Numbered from the stretch's first letter, positions 26,171 to 35,479 are shown. The stretch is DNA of 45,777 bases from a virus (IMGVR_UViG_3300037755_000534:1-45777), one strand, 5' to 3'. Numbers and translations are program-made. Notes: generated by a model not told the origin, from the sequence alone.

Positions 26171-27011
26171 GGCGTTCCACTCCCCGGTGGATATCGATTG
26201 GGATATCCCGGTCAAGGCGCGCGAACTGTGGACGCCGGTCAAGGCGGCGCACGACGACGAGCGCACGTTGGCGATTGCCGACGAGATCGGCGACCGCGGC
26301 GACGGGCGCGGCGTGACCACGGGGTACGTGCGCGGCTTCCTGCGCCGCGTCGGCAAGGGCGACGTGACGGTCAACATCAACTCCGGTGGTGGCGATTTTT
26401 TCACCGGGCTCGCGATCTATAACATGCTGCGCGAGCATGACGGCGCGGTGCATACCAACGTGCTCGGGCTCGCCGCGTCCGCCGCGTCGCTGATCGCGAT
26501 GGCGTCGGACGAACTGCGCGTCGCGAAGGCCGGTTTCATCATGATTCACAACGCATGGGCGATCGCGCTCGGCAACCGCCACGACATGCGCGCCGTAGCC
26601 GACATGCTCGAGCAATTCGACGGCGCGATGGCCGGCGTCTACACGGATCGTTCGGGAGTCGCGCTCGGTTCCGTCAAGAGCTACATGGACGCCGAGACGT
26701 TCTTCAACGGCGAGAACGCCGTCGATATCGGGCTGGCCGATGCGCTGCTCGAGGCGGATGAAGTCGAGCCGGACGAGGAGCCTTCCACCGAAGCCGCGCT
26801 GCGCCGCATCGACTTGGAGCTTGCGCGCGCCGGTATGCCGCGCAGTCAGCGGCGCGACCTGATCAACAGAATGCCAGGGGGTACGCCGGGCGCTACCTCC
26901 CGTCACAGCGGTACGCCGGGCGCTACCGCGAACGCCACGCCGGGCGCTGGCGATGAACTGCTCGCGACGTTGCGGGCAAACCTTTCAATCGCTCAAGCCT
27001 CAGAGGTGTAA
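26142..27011 (+). CDS. ClpP-type head maturation protease
   Basis: INSGGG, AASAAS, MIHNAW, ETF..A...GLAD; C-terminal TPGA repeats. Confidence 0.9.
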   Translation: MTTRSLPKIEAFHSPVDIDWDIPVKARELWTPVKAAHDDERTLAIADEIGDRGDGRGVTTGYVRGFLRRVGKGDVTVNINSGGGDFFTGLAIYNMLREHDGAVHTNVLGLAASAASLIAMASDELRVAKAGFIMIHNAWAIALGNRHDMRAVADMLEQFDGAMAGVYTDRSGVALGSVKSYMDAETFFNGENAVDIGLADALLEADEVEPDEEPSTEAALRRIDLELARAGMPRSQRRDLINRMPGGTPGATSRHSGTPGATANATPGAGDELLATLRANLSIAQASEV

Positions 27012-27012
27012 A

Positions 27013-28278
27013 ATGAGCAAGCATCTTTCCTGTTCCGCAATGGCGGCTGTGATCGCCGTGCGGGCCGACACCGGCGACGTCAATGCGCAGATCGCCAAGG
27101 CGCTCGCCGACTGGTCGACCGAGTTCACCGTGTTCAAGAAGTCGACCGCGGAAGCGTCCGAGAAGATCAAGGCCAGCATGGAAGCGCAGGGCGCCGACGT
27201 GGCCAAGGCGATCGCCGAAGCGAACACGGCCATCGAGAAGGTCAACGGCATCGCCGCGAACCTGATCGAACTCGAGCAGAAGATCGCCGACTCGGCGCTG
27301 CGCAACAACGACGTGCCGTTCGCTTCGATCGGCGCGATCGTGGTCGCGTCCGAAGAGTACAAGGCGCTCGCGCTCAAGCCTGGCGCCACGCCGCAAAACG
27401 GCTTCAAGCTGCGCGTCGAGGCGAACACCCTTTCCGGTCAGACCGGTTCGCCGCCCGAGAACACCGACACGCTGGTTCCGGTCGACCGGCGCGGTGGCAT
27501 CATCCCGGGCGCGTTCCGGACGCTGCGTATCCGCGACCTGATCCCGACGGTTCCGACCACTTCCAACGCATGGCAGTTCGTGCGTGAGCTCCTGTTCACG
27601 AACGCGGCGGCGGAAACGGCGGAAGGCGCGGGCAAGCCCGAGGCGACGCTGACCTTCGAAGACGTGACGGTCAACATTCGGACGATCGCGCACTTCATCA
27701 AGGCGTCGAACCAGATCCTCGCCGATGCGCCGGCGCTGCGGTCCTATATCGACACCCGTCTGCGGTACGGCGTGGAACTGCGCGAAGAGCAGCAGATCAT
27801 TGCCGGCAACGGGACCGGGCAGAACATTTCGGGCATGACGGACACGGGCAATTTCACCGCGTTCACCCCGACGTCCGGCGACAACGCGATCGACTCGATC
27901 AACCGGGCGAAGTACGCGATCATGGGCGCCGACTGGAACCCGACGGGCGTCCTGCTGAACCCGGCGGATTGGGGCGCGATCGAGCGGCTCAAGGACGGCG
28001 TGAACGGCGGGTATCTCGTCGGCAACCCGTTCGGCTCGATCACGCCGGTCATGTGGGGCCTGCCGGTGGTGGCGTCCAACAACATGACCAGCGGCAAGAT
28101 GCTGGTGGCCGACTTCGCCACGTCGTACGAGTACGTCGAGCGGCAGTCGACGGTGATCGACGTCGGGTACGTCAACGAGGATTTCACGAAGAACCTCGTG
28201 ACCATCCGCGCCGAGAAGCGCGGCGCCCTGGCGACCATCCGGCCGGCGTCGACCCGGTATGGCTCCCTGACGCTGTAA
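27013..28278 (+). CDS. major capsid protein (HK97 fold, N-terminal delta domain)
   Basis: Coiled-coil N-terminus, AEGAGKP, Q.L.D, GNG, LNPADW, WGLPVV, FTKNLVTIRAE. Confidence 0.93.
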   Translation: MSKHLSCSAMAAVIAVRADTGDVNAQIAKALADWSTEFTVFKKSTAEASEKIKASMEAQGADVAKAIAEANTAIEKVNGIAANLIELEQKIADSALRNNDVPFASIGAIVVASEEYKALALKPGATPQNGFKLRVEANTLSGQTGSPPENTDTLVPVDRRGGIIPGAFRTLRIRDLIPTVPTTSNAWQFVRELLFTNAAAETAEGAGKPEATLTFEDVTVNIRTIAHFIKASNQILADAPALRSYIDTRLRYGVELREEQQIIAGNGTGQNISGMTDTGNFTAFTPTSGDNAIDSINRAKYAIMGADWNPTGVLLNPADWGAIERLKDGVNGGYLVGNPFGSITPVMWGLPVVASNNMTSGKMLVADFATSYEYVERQSTVIDVGYVNEDFTKNLVTIRAEKRGALATIRPASTRYGSLTL

Positions 28279-28297
28279 GCGCCGGGCTGAGTGCAGC

Positions 28298-28330
28298 GGG
28301 GCGCGCCTATAACCGGGCGCGCCCCTTTTT
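28298..28330 (+). terminator. intrinsic terminator after the capsid gene
   Basis: ggggcgcgcc/ggcgcgcccc stem followed by TTTTT. Confidence 0.8.
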
Positions 28331-28344
28331 ACGGAGGAACACCA

Positions 28345-28698
28345 ATGACGCAGATCACCCGCAAGTCGCTCAAGTCGTTTTCGTCGCCCCTGTGGGGCAC
28401 CGTCGACGCGGGCGAGTTCTTCACGTTCGACGACGGGTACGAGCGCGACCTGATCGCGTGGGGTTATATCGCAGCGCCGACGTTCAGCGTCCCGGCCGCT
28501 AGTGTCGAGCCGGTGCCCGAGCCGGTGCCCGAGCCGGGACCGTCCGTCGAGGATACGATCGCGGAACTCGAACGGGCGCGCGAGCCGAACGGCACGTACA
28601 AGGGCGACGACCCGTCGACGCCGGACGTCAACGAGGCGTATGTGACGGCGCCGACCAAGCGCGGGCGTGGCCGTCCGCGTAGCACCCAGGAGGGTTGA
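28345..28698 (+). CDS. hypothetical head-associated protein with AT-hook-like tail
   Basis: GGAGG RBS; EPVP repeats; DDPSTPDVNEA; KRGRGRPR. Confidence 0.7.
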   Translation: MTQITRKSLKSFSSPLWGTVDAGEFFTFDDGYERDLIAWGYIAAPTFSVPAASVEPVPEPVPEPGPSVEDTIAELERAREPNGTYKGDDPSTPDVNEAYVTAPTKRGRGRPRSTQEG

Positions 28699-28700
28699 TC

Positions 28701-29066
28701 ATGCCGCTTATTGCCGACGCTGCTTTCGACGCCGCGCTCGATTACTGTCGTACGAACGGAACGAAAATCGACATTTGCAGTTCCGAGCCCGCCACGTTCG
28801 GCGCTATCGCTGCCGCGACGCTCGGTAACAAGACGGGGCTTACGCTCGGCGCTAACGCTGACGGCGACTCGAGCGGCCGCAAGGCGACCGTCCCCGCCAT
28901 CACCGACGGCACTGTGACAGCCACAGGGACCGCAACTCATTGGGCGTTGTCCGACGGCTCCGCGGTGCTGGTAGCTACCGGCGCGTTATCGGCGTCGCAG
29001 GGCGTGACCAACGGCAACACGTTTACGCTCGGCGTGATCGATATCACGATACCCGACGCGGTGTAA
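28701..29066 (+). CDS. virion structural protein
   Basis: Ala/Thr/Gly-rich beta protein (GTATHWAL..GNTFTL) in the structural operon. Confidence 0.65.
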   Translation: MPLIADAAFDAALDYCRTNGTKIDICSSEPATFGAIAAATLGNKTGLTLGANADGDSSGRKATVPAITDGTVTATGTATHWALSDGSAVLVATGALSASQGVTNGNTFTLGVIDITIPDAV

Positions 29067-29320
29067 TGAGGTGTGGGGTTGACGACGAACACTGTTGCCA
29101 TATCGGCGGCGGTGTTTGTCGTTACCTCGAGGAAGGCACTATACCGGGCCGGCGATGGGCGTGCGGGCTTTTGCGAAAACTGGAGTCGTGGGAATCGGTC
29201 GAGCGGGATCCGCGTTGGATTGACGACGTTAAACCACTGCTCTCCCGCGTTGGGTTGACGTCATGCCGATGGCCGCGCCCAGGTGAAACTTGCATAGCCT
29301 GCGGGGACTCCGGTGGCTGA
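29066..29320 (+). CDS. small Cys-rich protein
   Basis: HCC..C.YL..C..C..CxxC; overlaps both neighbours. Confidence 0.5.
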   Translation: MRCGVDDEHCCHIGGGVCRYLEEGTIPGRRWACGLLRKLESWESVERDPRWIDDVKPLLSRVGLTSCRWPRPGETCIACGDSGG

Positions 29321-30371
29321 TCTAGGTACGTTAACACCCGGCACACTTGACGCGGCGTTGTCGTCTGTTGACGTCACCGTTACCGGCACTCAACCGGTGC
29401 TTGAGGCGATCGCATCGGCCAACGATGCGACGTACGTTGCCAACGTTACAAACCAGACGGTTACGGCGTTGGCGGTGTTCGCGTTGGGCGACGTTCCGGC
29501 TGACCTGGGCAACGTCGATACGCTATCCGTGCAATTGCGGTACGGACTAAGCGCCGCGCTTTCCCTGAATACATGGGACAGTCTTACAGCCCAGGTAATG
29601 CAGTCGGACGGCGTGACGGCGCTGACCGACACCGTGACTGTCGCGAGCAGCATTACGGCGACGACGCCCGCTAACAGTAGCGTCGTCGCGTTTACGGGCG
29701 TCAACACGTCGGCCAATAAAGCGACGTGGGATGGCGCGCTTTTGTATGTCCGTTTTAACGTCACGCGAAACAAAGGCGGCGATGCGGCGGAGGAGCGGGT
29801 TTACGCCGGCGAGCTAACCGGTACCTATACCATAGCCTCGGTTCCGGACGCCCTGACGGCGAATGATATTGCCACAGGCGCGCCCACCGTCGGGGCGCCC
29901 GCGATCGGTCAAACGCATGCGTTTGACGGTGCGAACGTGGCCACCGGTGCGCCCACCGTTGGGGCGCCCGCGATCGGGACGGAGGGTACGGACGCCCTGA
30001 CGGCGAATGATATTGCCACAGGCGCGCCCACCGTCGGAACGCCCGCGATCGGGCAAACGCATGTGCTCGACGGCGCGAGCATGGCCACCGGTGCGCCGTC
30101 CGTCGGAACGCCCGCGATCGGGCAAACGCATGTGCTTGACGGCGCGAACGTTGCCACAGGCGCGCCCACCGTCGGGGCGCCCGCGATCGGGCAAACGCAT
30201 GTGCTCGACGCGCTTGGGATAGCTGCGGGCGTTCCAATATTTACGGCGCCGACTCTCGCTATTCCTAGCGCCGTCACACCTGGTATCGTATCGTTGTCGT
30301 CGCAGCGCGCGAACAGTGCTACAGTGTTCGCGCGAGTCGTAACGAACGTGACGTTGAGGGTGGATACATGA
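29313..30371 (+). CDS. structural protein with about six 20-21 aa tandem repeats
   Basis: ATGAPTVGAPAIG(QTH) repeats at about 29845-30260. Confidence 0.7.
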   Translation: MADLGTLTPGTLDAALSSVDVTVTGTQPVLEAIASANDATYVANVTNQTVTALAVFALGDVPADLGNVDTLSVQLRYGLSAALSLNTWDSLTAQVMQSDGVTALTDTVTVASSITATTPANSSVVAFTGVNTSANKATWDGALLYVRFNVTRNKGGDAAEERVYAGELTGTYTIASVPDALTANDIATGAPTVGAPAIGQTHAFDGANVATGAPTVGAPAIGTEGTDALTANDIATGAPTVGTPAIGQTHVLDGASMATGAPSVGTPAIGQTHVLDGANVATGAPTVGAPAIGQTHVLDALGIAAGVPIFTAPTLAIPSAVTPGIVSLSSQRANSATVFARVVTNVTLRVDT

Positions 30372-31201
30372 GCGACTTTTTCGACGTTGGCGACCTTGTA
30401 CGGTTCGAGGCAACTTTTACGGATATGGACGGCGATGCGGTGGATCCCACGACCGTTACGTTTCGGATGCTTGACGGCGCGGGAGTGGAAACCGTTTTTG
30501 TGTATGGCACGGACGCGGAAGTCGTTAAGTCCGCCGTCGGTACTTATCACGTCGATTGGCCCGTGGCCGTTCACGGCGTCCACCGCTGGCGTTTCGAGTC
30601 GACCGGGACGGGGCAGGCGGCGCAGGAAGGACAGTTTACAGGCACGGGCTATCAGGCGCTCACCGAGCCCCTGAGCGTCACGGCCGCGATGCGTCACCTG
30701 CGCGTCGAGTCGGACGATCCGTATCTCGACGACCTGCCGATCTATATCAAGGCGGCGCGCCAGCATGTCGAGCAGCACCTCAACGCGACGATCGTCAACC
30801 GCATGCGAACGCTGGTGCTCGATTGTTTTCCCAACACTATCACGCTGCCCGTCGGTCCCGTGCTCGGCGTCACTAGCATCGCCTATGTCGACACGGACGG
30901 AGCGACGCAGATGCTCACCGCGGCGAACGTGATTCGGAGCAAGGACAAGGTGACGCCGCTGTTCAGCGAGTCTTGGCCCGTCACGCGCCGGCAGCTTGGC
31001 GCCGTGACCGTCACGTACACGGCGGGCATGATGGCGGGATCGCCGCTGACGCTCGCCGACGACGACATTCTCGCCGCGATCAGGTTGACGCTCGGCGACC
31101 TGTGGAACACCCGAGAGTCGAACATCGTCGGCGCGCCGATCTCGATCAATCCGACGCTCGACCGGCTGCTCGCCACGCATCGCCGCGATCTCGGCGTTTA
31201 G
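30368..31201 (+). CDS. head-tail connector (gp6-like) fused to an N-terminal beta domain
   Basis: C-half EPLSV..HLRV..D..I.AAR..E..VTYTAG..AI..RE; N-half D.DG.AVDPT.V..G.Y. Confidence 0.75.
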   Translation: MSDFFDVGDLVRFEATFTDMDGDAVDPTTVTFRMLDGAGVETVFVYGTDAEVVKSAVGTYHVDWPVAVHGVHRWRFESTGTGQAAQEGQFTGTGYQALTEPLSVTAAMRHLRVESDDPYLDDLPIYIKAARQHVEQHLNATIVNRMRTLVLDCFPNTITLPVGPVLGVTSIAYVDTDGATQMLTAANVIRSKDKVTPLFSESWPVTRRQLGAVTVTYTAGMMAGSPLTLADDDILAAIRLTLGDLWNTRESNIVGAPISINPTLDRLLATHRRDLGV

Positions 31202-31234
31202 GGCTTGACACCCTAGGACGGGCGGCGTTAGGGT
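31199..31234 (+). promoter_or_regulatory. repeated promoter/operator, copy 5
   Basis: TAGGGC-TTGACA-CCCTAGGAC..; weaker -10 TAGGGT at 18 nt; TCGCACAGGAG duplicated before the next ATG. Confidence 0.7.
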
Positions 31235-31274
31235 GCGCTTATGACTCGCACAGGAGTCGCACAGGAGTCGCAAC

Positions 31275-31469
31275 ATGCAAATCAACCCCGGTGATATTGT
31301 TCGGCTGAGAAGCGGCGGGCCGCTAATGACGGTTCGTCATGCGGTGGACACGGCGGCATCGAATGCAACCGGCCTTGAGGCGGGTGTACATTGCGATTGG
31401 ATCGACGAACAGGGAAGGCCGCATAACGCGGTCTATTCTCAGGATCAGTTGGAATTTAATGAGCCCTGA
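31275..31469 (+). CDS. YodC/DUF2158-like small protein
   Basis: GDIVRLRSGGPLMTV..V.C.W. Confidence 0.8.
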   Translation: MQINPGDIVRLRSGGPLMTVRHAVDTAASNATGLEAGVHCDWIDEQGRPHNAVYSQDQLEFNEP

Positions 31470-31653
31470 CGAATTTAAAGCCGCACGCGCAACGCTCGGA
31501 TTGTCCGCACGGGAAATGGCGATCGCATTGGACATGGACGAGCGTTGGGGCGACCGCACCATCCGCAAATGGGAGTCGGGTAAGTCGCCCATATTCGGCC
31601 CGGTCGGCGTCGCCGTGCGCTACATGCTGAAATATGGAGTCGGTGAGGAATGA
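31459..31653 (+). CDS. XRE-type HTH regulator (64 aa)
   Basis: MSPDEFKAARATLGLS..MA..RTIRKWESG. Confidence 0.8.
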   Translation: MSPDEFKAARATLGLSAREMAIALDMDERWGDRTIRKWESGKSPIFGPVGVAVRYMLKYGVGEE

Positions 31654-31823
31654 CGTTAGCGGTAATATTTATACTATTTTTGGTGTTGTCGTGTGCTTAC
31701 GTTGCGTTTCATTATAGACGCCGAGCAAAAATATTGGCGTACGTGAAGGCAATGTCGGAAGAGATCGGCACCATGCCGATTCGCATGTGGCACCGCAACT
31801 GTGATGGGGCAGGCGAGGAATGA
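31650..31823 (+). CDS. small membrane protein (57 aa)
   Basis: MTLAVIFILFLVLSCAYVAFHYRRRAK..; ATGA-coupled at both ends; lower GC. Confidence 0.6.
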   Translation: MTLAVIFILFLVLSCAYVAFHYRRRAKILAYVKAMSEEIGTMPIRMWHRNCDGAGEE

Positions 31824-32413
31824 GCGGCGCCCTGATCGTCGCGACCGGACCGAGCCTGACGTGTGAGGACGTTGCCGCATGGTCGCCCGGGCGCATCGTG
31901 TACGGCGTCAACGACGCTTATCGGGTTTGCGCGCCGCATATCCTTTACGCCTGCGATCTGCAGTGGTGGGACGTTCATTATTCGTGCGCCCGTCACTTTG
32001 GGGAGCAGCGTTGGACGTGTAACGACGAGGCTGCGGCGAAATACGGGCTTCACCACGTCCCCGGGCGTCATGGGATCGACAAGGGCATCTATTTCGACGC
32101 GACCGGCGAGGGCATTATCTACGGCGGCAACTCGGGGTTTCAGGCGCTCAATCTGGCGTACATGCACGGGCACCGCGACGCCGTGCTGCTCGGGTTCGAC
32201 GTCGGCCGCGCGCCGGACCAGCCGACACATTTCTTCGGCGAGCATCCGCCCGCCTGCGCCAACCCGTCGCCCTTCAACGCATGGCTCAAGCACTGGCGAC
32301 GAGCCGCGCCGCAGATCGCCGCGGCCGGAATGACGGTGTGCAACGCGACGCGCGGCGGCGCGCTCGATTGCTTCCCGCGCGTGGCGCTGGAGGAACAGCT
32401 TGCACGTCTATAG
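31820..32413 (+). CDS. MAF/DUF115-like putative nucleotide-sugar transferase
   Basis: IVATGPSL, YGVND, NSGFQALNLA..G..VLLGFD. Confidence 0.6.
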   Translation: MSGALIVATGPSLTCEDVAAWSPGRIVYGVNDAYRVCAPHILYACDLQWWDVHYSCARHFGEQRWTCNDEAAAKYGLHHVPGRHGIDKGIYFDATGEGIIYGGNSGFQALNLAYMHGHRDAVLLGFDVGRAPDQPTHFFGEHPPACANPSPFNAWLKHWRRAAPQIAAAGMTVCNATRGGALDCFPRVALEEQLARL

Positions 32414-33128
32414 CGTTCCGCAGCAGGGCGGCACCAACCCCAAATTTGCCGAGGCGTTCGCGCGTGGCAGCGGCGCGCCCATCGTCACCGACCACGAGTA
32501 TCGCGGCGGTGCGTGGGTCGGCTTCGGTTCGCCCGTGTCGTGGCGTTCGCTGTCCGACGCGCGGTGCCAGGGTGCGACCTGGTACTATGGCGATCACGGC
32601 TATTTCAACCGCGGCGAATATTACCGGATCACGCGCAACGCCTTTCAGCATGACGGGTGCGGCGACGCTGCGCCGCTCGCCGGCGCGCAGCCGTGGCGAC
32701 GCGACGGGCGGCACGTGCTGGTTTGTCCGCCCGACGACAAGATCGCCGTGCTCATGGGGTTCGATGAACACGTGTGGCTGCAGGACGTGCTCGATCGCCT
32801 TCGCAACAATAGCGACCGGCCGGTAAAGATCAGGACGCGCGACCACGAGTACCAGCGCCCGCTCGAGCGCGATCTTGACGACGCTTGGGCGCTGGTGACG
32901 TGGGGCAGCAACGCCGCGGTCGAGGCGCTCATGTACGGCGTCCCGGTGTTCTGCACCGGGGATTGCGCGTCGTCGCGGATGGGCCGGTCGGATCCGATCA
33001 ACATCGAATATCCGTACTATCCCGACGACCGGGACGAATGGGCCGGCGTGCTGGCCGCGAATCAATGGACGCTCGACGAGATCGCGTCGGGCATAGCGTG
33101 GGAGAGGCTGCAAAATGAAACGCTTTGA
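32400..33128 (+). CDS. putative glycosyltransferase (KpsC/KpsS-like C-terminus)
   Basis: DHGYF; L.DAWALVTWGSNAAVEALMYGVPVF. Confidence 0.6.
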   Translation: MHVYSVPQQGGTNPKFAEAFARGSGAPIVTDHEYRGGAWVGFGSPVSWRSLSDARCQGATWYYGDHGYFNRGEYYRITRNAFQHDGCGDAAPLAGAQPWRRDGRHVLVCPPDDKIAVLMGFDEHVWLQDVLDRLRNNSDRPVKIRTRDHEYQRPLERDLDDAWALVTWGSNAAVEALMYGVPVFCTGDCASSRMGRSDPINIEYPYYPDDRDEWAGVLAANQWTLDEIASGIAWERLQNETL

Positions 33129-33777
33129 CGAGTGGTGGATGCCCGACCACGAGGAGCATCTGCAGGAGTGGATGAACACGGTTGGCGACCGTCGGCATGG
33201 GCGGCTCGCATATCAGGGACGCAAGTACGACGAGGCGATGAAGTACGTCACGCAGTGGCGCGTCGCGATCGACGTCGGCGCGCATGTCGGCCTGTGGTCG
33301 TTTCAGATGGGTCGGGATTTTGAGCACGTTGAGGCGTTCGAACCGATGCCGGATCATCGGGAGTGTTGGTACAAAAATATCGATGATCCGTGGGTAAACA
33401 TGCATCCGTTCGCGCTCGGCGCCGCCGCAGCCCCTGTGCATATCCGCACGCGCACGGCGAACAGCAGCGGTGACACGGGAGTCGATCCGGCCGGTGAGGG
33501 CGTCGAGGTCGAGCAGCGCACGCTCGACTCGTTCGGCTTTACCGACGTCGATTTCCTCAAGATCGACTGTGAGGGATACGAACTGTTTGTCTGCCAGGGC
33601 GCGCGCGAGACGCTGCTGCGCTGCAAACCCTGTGTCATCGTCGAGCAGAAACCGGAGACGGGCGGCGCGGCGCTCTACGGGATCGGCGTCACGGATGCCG
33701 TCGACTACCTCAAGTCGCTGGGCGCCGTGCTGCGCACCGGGATTCAGGGGGACTATATCCTGTCATGGGACCGCTGA
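33115..33777 (+). CDS. FkbM-family SAM methyltransferase
   Basis: IDVGAHVG, AFEP, LKIDCEGYE..GA..TL. Confidence 0.9.
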   Translation: MKRFDEWWMPDHEEHLQEWMNTVGDRRHGRLAYQGRKYDEAMKYVTQWRVAIDVGAHVGLWSFQMGRDFEHVEAFEPMPDHRECWYKNIDDPWVNMHPFALGAAAAPVHIRTRTANSSGDTGVDPAGEGVEVEQRTLDSFGFTDVDFLKIDCEGYELFVCQGARETLLRCKPCVIVEQKPETGGAALYGIGVTDAVDYLKSLGAVLRTGIQGDYILSWDR

Positions 33778-34406
33778 TACTCGTCACCGGGTTGCCGCGC
33801 TCGGGGACGTCGCTGGTCGCTGGCGTGATCCGCGCGTGCGGCGCGTGGACGGGTTTGACGACCGGGCCGTCCGAATGGAACCGGAAAGGCAACGTCGAAA
33901 ACGAGGCGATCCGCGAGCAACTGGTCAAGCCGTACCTGGCGCGCATTCCCGCTTGCCCGCTCGGCCTTCGGTCGTTGCCGGTCGTCGGCCTGCCACCTCA
34001 GTACAGCGCGGGGCAGTGGCGCGCCCGCGTCGGCGTGTTCCTGCGGCGGCAGGGATATCCGGGCGGACCGCTGGTCTACAAGGACGCCAAACTCGCGCTC
34101 ATGTGGCGGCAGTGGGCGCTCGCCTATCCCGACGCGAGATGGGTAATCGTTTGCCGCCACATGAGCGCGATTGTCGATAGCGTGATGCGCGCCGAGCCTA
34201 TGCGCAGGCAATTCGATGGTGACGAACAAGCCGTCTGGAACTGGGCACAGGTATATGAGGCACACGTCACCAGCATCGCCGCGGCCCGTCGAACCATGTG
34301 GCCCGGTGACGATTCGCGCCCGCTGATCGATTGGCTCGGGCTGGACTGGAATCAAGGTGCCGTCGACGAGTGGATCGATTGGGACATGTATCATGGGGAT
34401 CGGTGA
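33765..34406 (+). CDS. sulfotransferase-like protein
   Basis: PAPS-binding loop VTGLPRSGTS; KD; R..AIVDS. Confidence 0.75.
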   Translation: MGPLILVTGLPRSGTSLVAGVIRACGAWTGLTTGPSEWNRKGNVENEAIREQLVKPYLARIPACPLGLRSLPVVGLPPQYSAGQWRARVGVFLRRQGYPGGPLVYKDAKLALMWRQWALAYPDARWVIVCRHMSAIVDSVMRAEPMRRQFDGDEQAVWNWAQVYEAHVTSIAAARRTMWPGDDSRPLIDWLGLDWNQGAVDEWIDWDMYHGDR

Positions 34407-35169
34407 CGAGATCATGGTCGCCGGCCGCGCCGCTGCGCTCAGTGCGCAGCATGGCGGGCAACCCGTCGCCATCGTCGACGAGGCCGGACGTCCGCGCGTG
34501 CATCCCGTATGGGAGCGCAACCCGGCGATCGATCCCACTTCGACCCTGACCATTCGCGATCATGCGGGGCACCGCGGCTATATGCTGCGATGGGACGCCG
34601 GGCCGCGCGCCGTGTTCGATCCGTCGTATCGCAACCGTGACCACCCTGGGCGCATTTATCCGCCCGACGACGCGCGCGCGTGGGCGCGTGAGAACGTGCC
34701 GGAAGGCTGCATTATCGTCGAGCCGATCGTGCGCGCGCCGTCGAGCATGGGGAAGGATTGGGGCGCCGAGCGGTGGCGCGAGGTGGTCGAGGCGCTCGAC
34801 CTGTCCGCGCCGGTCGTTCAGCTAGGCGCGGACGGCGGGCGGACGATGGTCGCGCCGTGGATAAAGACGCCGACGATCTGGCACGCGGCGGCGGCTATCG
34901 AGCGCGCCGCCCTGGTGATGGGGCCGGAAGGCGGAACGCACCACATGGCGGGCGCGCTCGGCGTGCCGCACGTGACGATCTTCGGCGGCTTCACGCACCC
35001 GGATACGACAGGCTACGCCACGACATGGCCGATCTATGTGGGGATCGAGGATAGCCCCTGCGGCCGGTACGATACGTGTCCGCATTGTCGCGCCGCGCTC
35101 GACATCATAACCGTTGAGCACGTCGCGGACACGGCGTACAATGCGTATCATGCGAGCAGGCGAACTTGA
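34393..35169 (+). CDS. glycosyltransferase family 9-like
   Basis: GIGDEIM, KDW..RW, A.LV.G.EGG.HH.AGALGVP.V.IFG. Confidence 0.8.
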   Translation: MGIGDEIMVAGRAAALSAQHGGQPVAIVDEAGRPRVHPVWERNPAIDPTSTLTIRDHAGHRGYMLRWDAGPRAVFDPSYRNRDHPGRIYPPDDARAWARENVPEGCIIVEPIVRAPSSMGKDWGAERWREVVEALDLSAPVVQLGADGGRTMVAPWIKTPTIWHAAAAIERAALVMGPEGGTHHMAGALGVPHVTIFGGFTHPDTTGYATTWPIYVGIEDSPCGRYDTCPHCRAALDIITVEHVADTAYNAYHASRRT

Positions 35170-35479
35170 CCGACCGATTGTAATTCAAAGCAAGTCCGTA
35201 ACGCCGGACTCGTTCGGTACGCCTGTCGAGACATGGACTAAAATCCATACGTCCACCACGATCCCCGCGAAGGTATCGCCCGCGCGCGGGGGCGAGCGGT
35301 TCGCCGCCGATCAGGTAGTCGGCAAGGCGATGACCACGTTTCGCGTCCGCTATCGCGACGGCGTGACCGTCCTGCATCGCATCGTCTACGCCGGCCGCAA
35401 TTGGGATATTCACGACGTGCGCGAGCTCGGTCGCCGCGAGGGACTGGAGATCGACGCGAGCGCACGGAGCGAGTCGTGA
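35150..35479 (+). CDS. head closure/head-tail adaptor (SPP1 gp16-like)
   Basis: MRAGEL..IVIQ..D.FG..W..FRVRYR..RI. Confidence 0.85.
   Translation: MRAGELDRPIVIQSKSVTPDSFGTPVETWTKIHTSTTIPAKVSPARGGERFAADQVVGKAMTTFRVRYRDGVTVLHRIVYAGRNWDIHDVRELGRREGLEIDASARSES

Noticed and set aside
26880-26950. ACGCCGGGCGCT triple repeat
   Set aside because: Encodes a low-complexity TPGA linker in the protease C-terminus; no sign of a separate function
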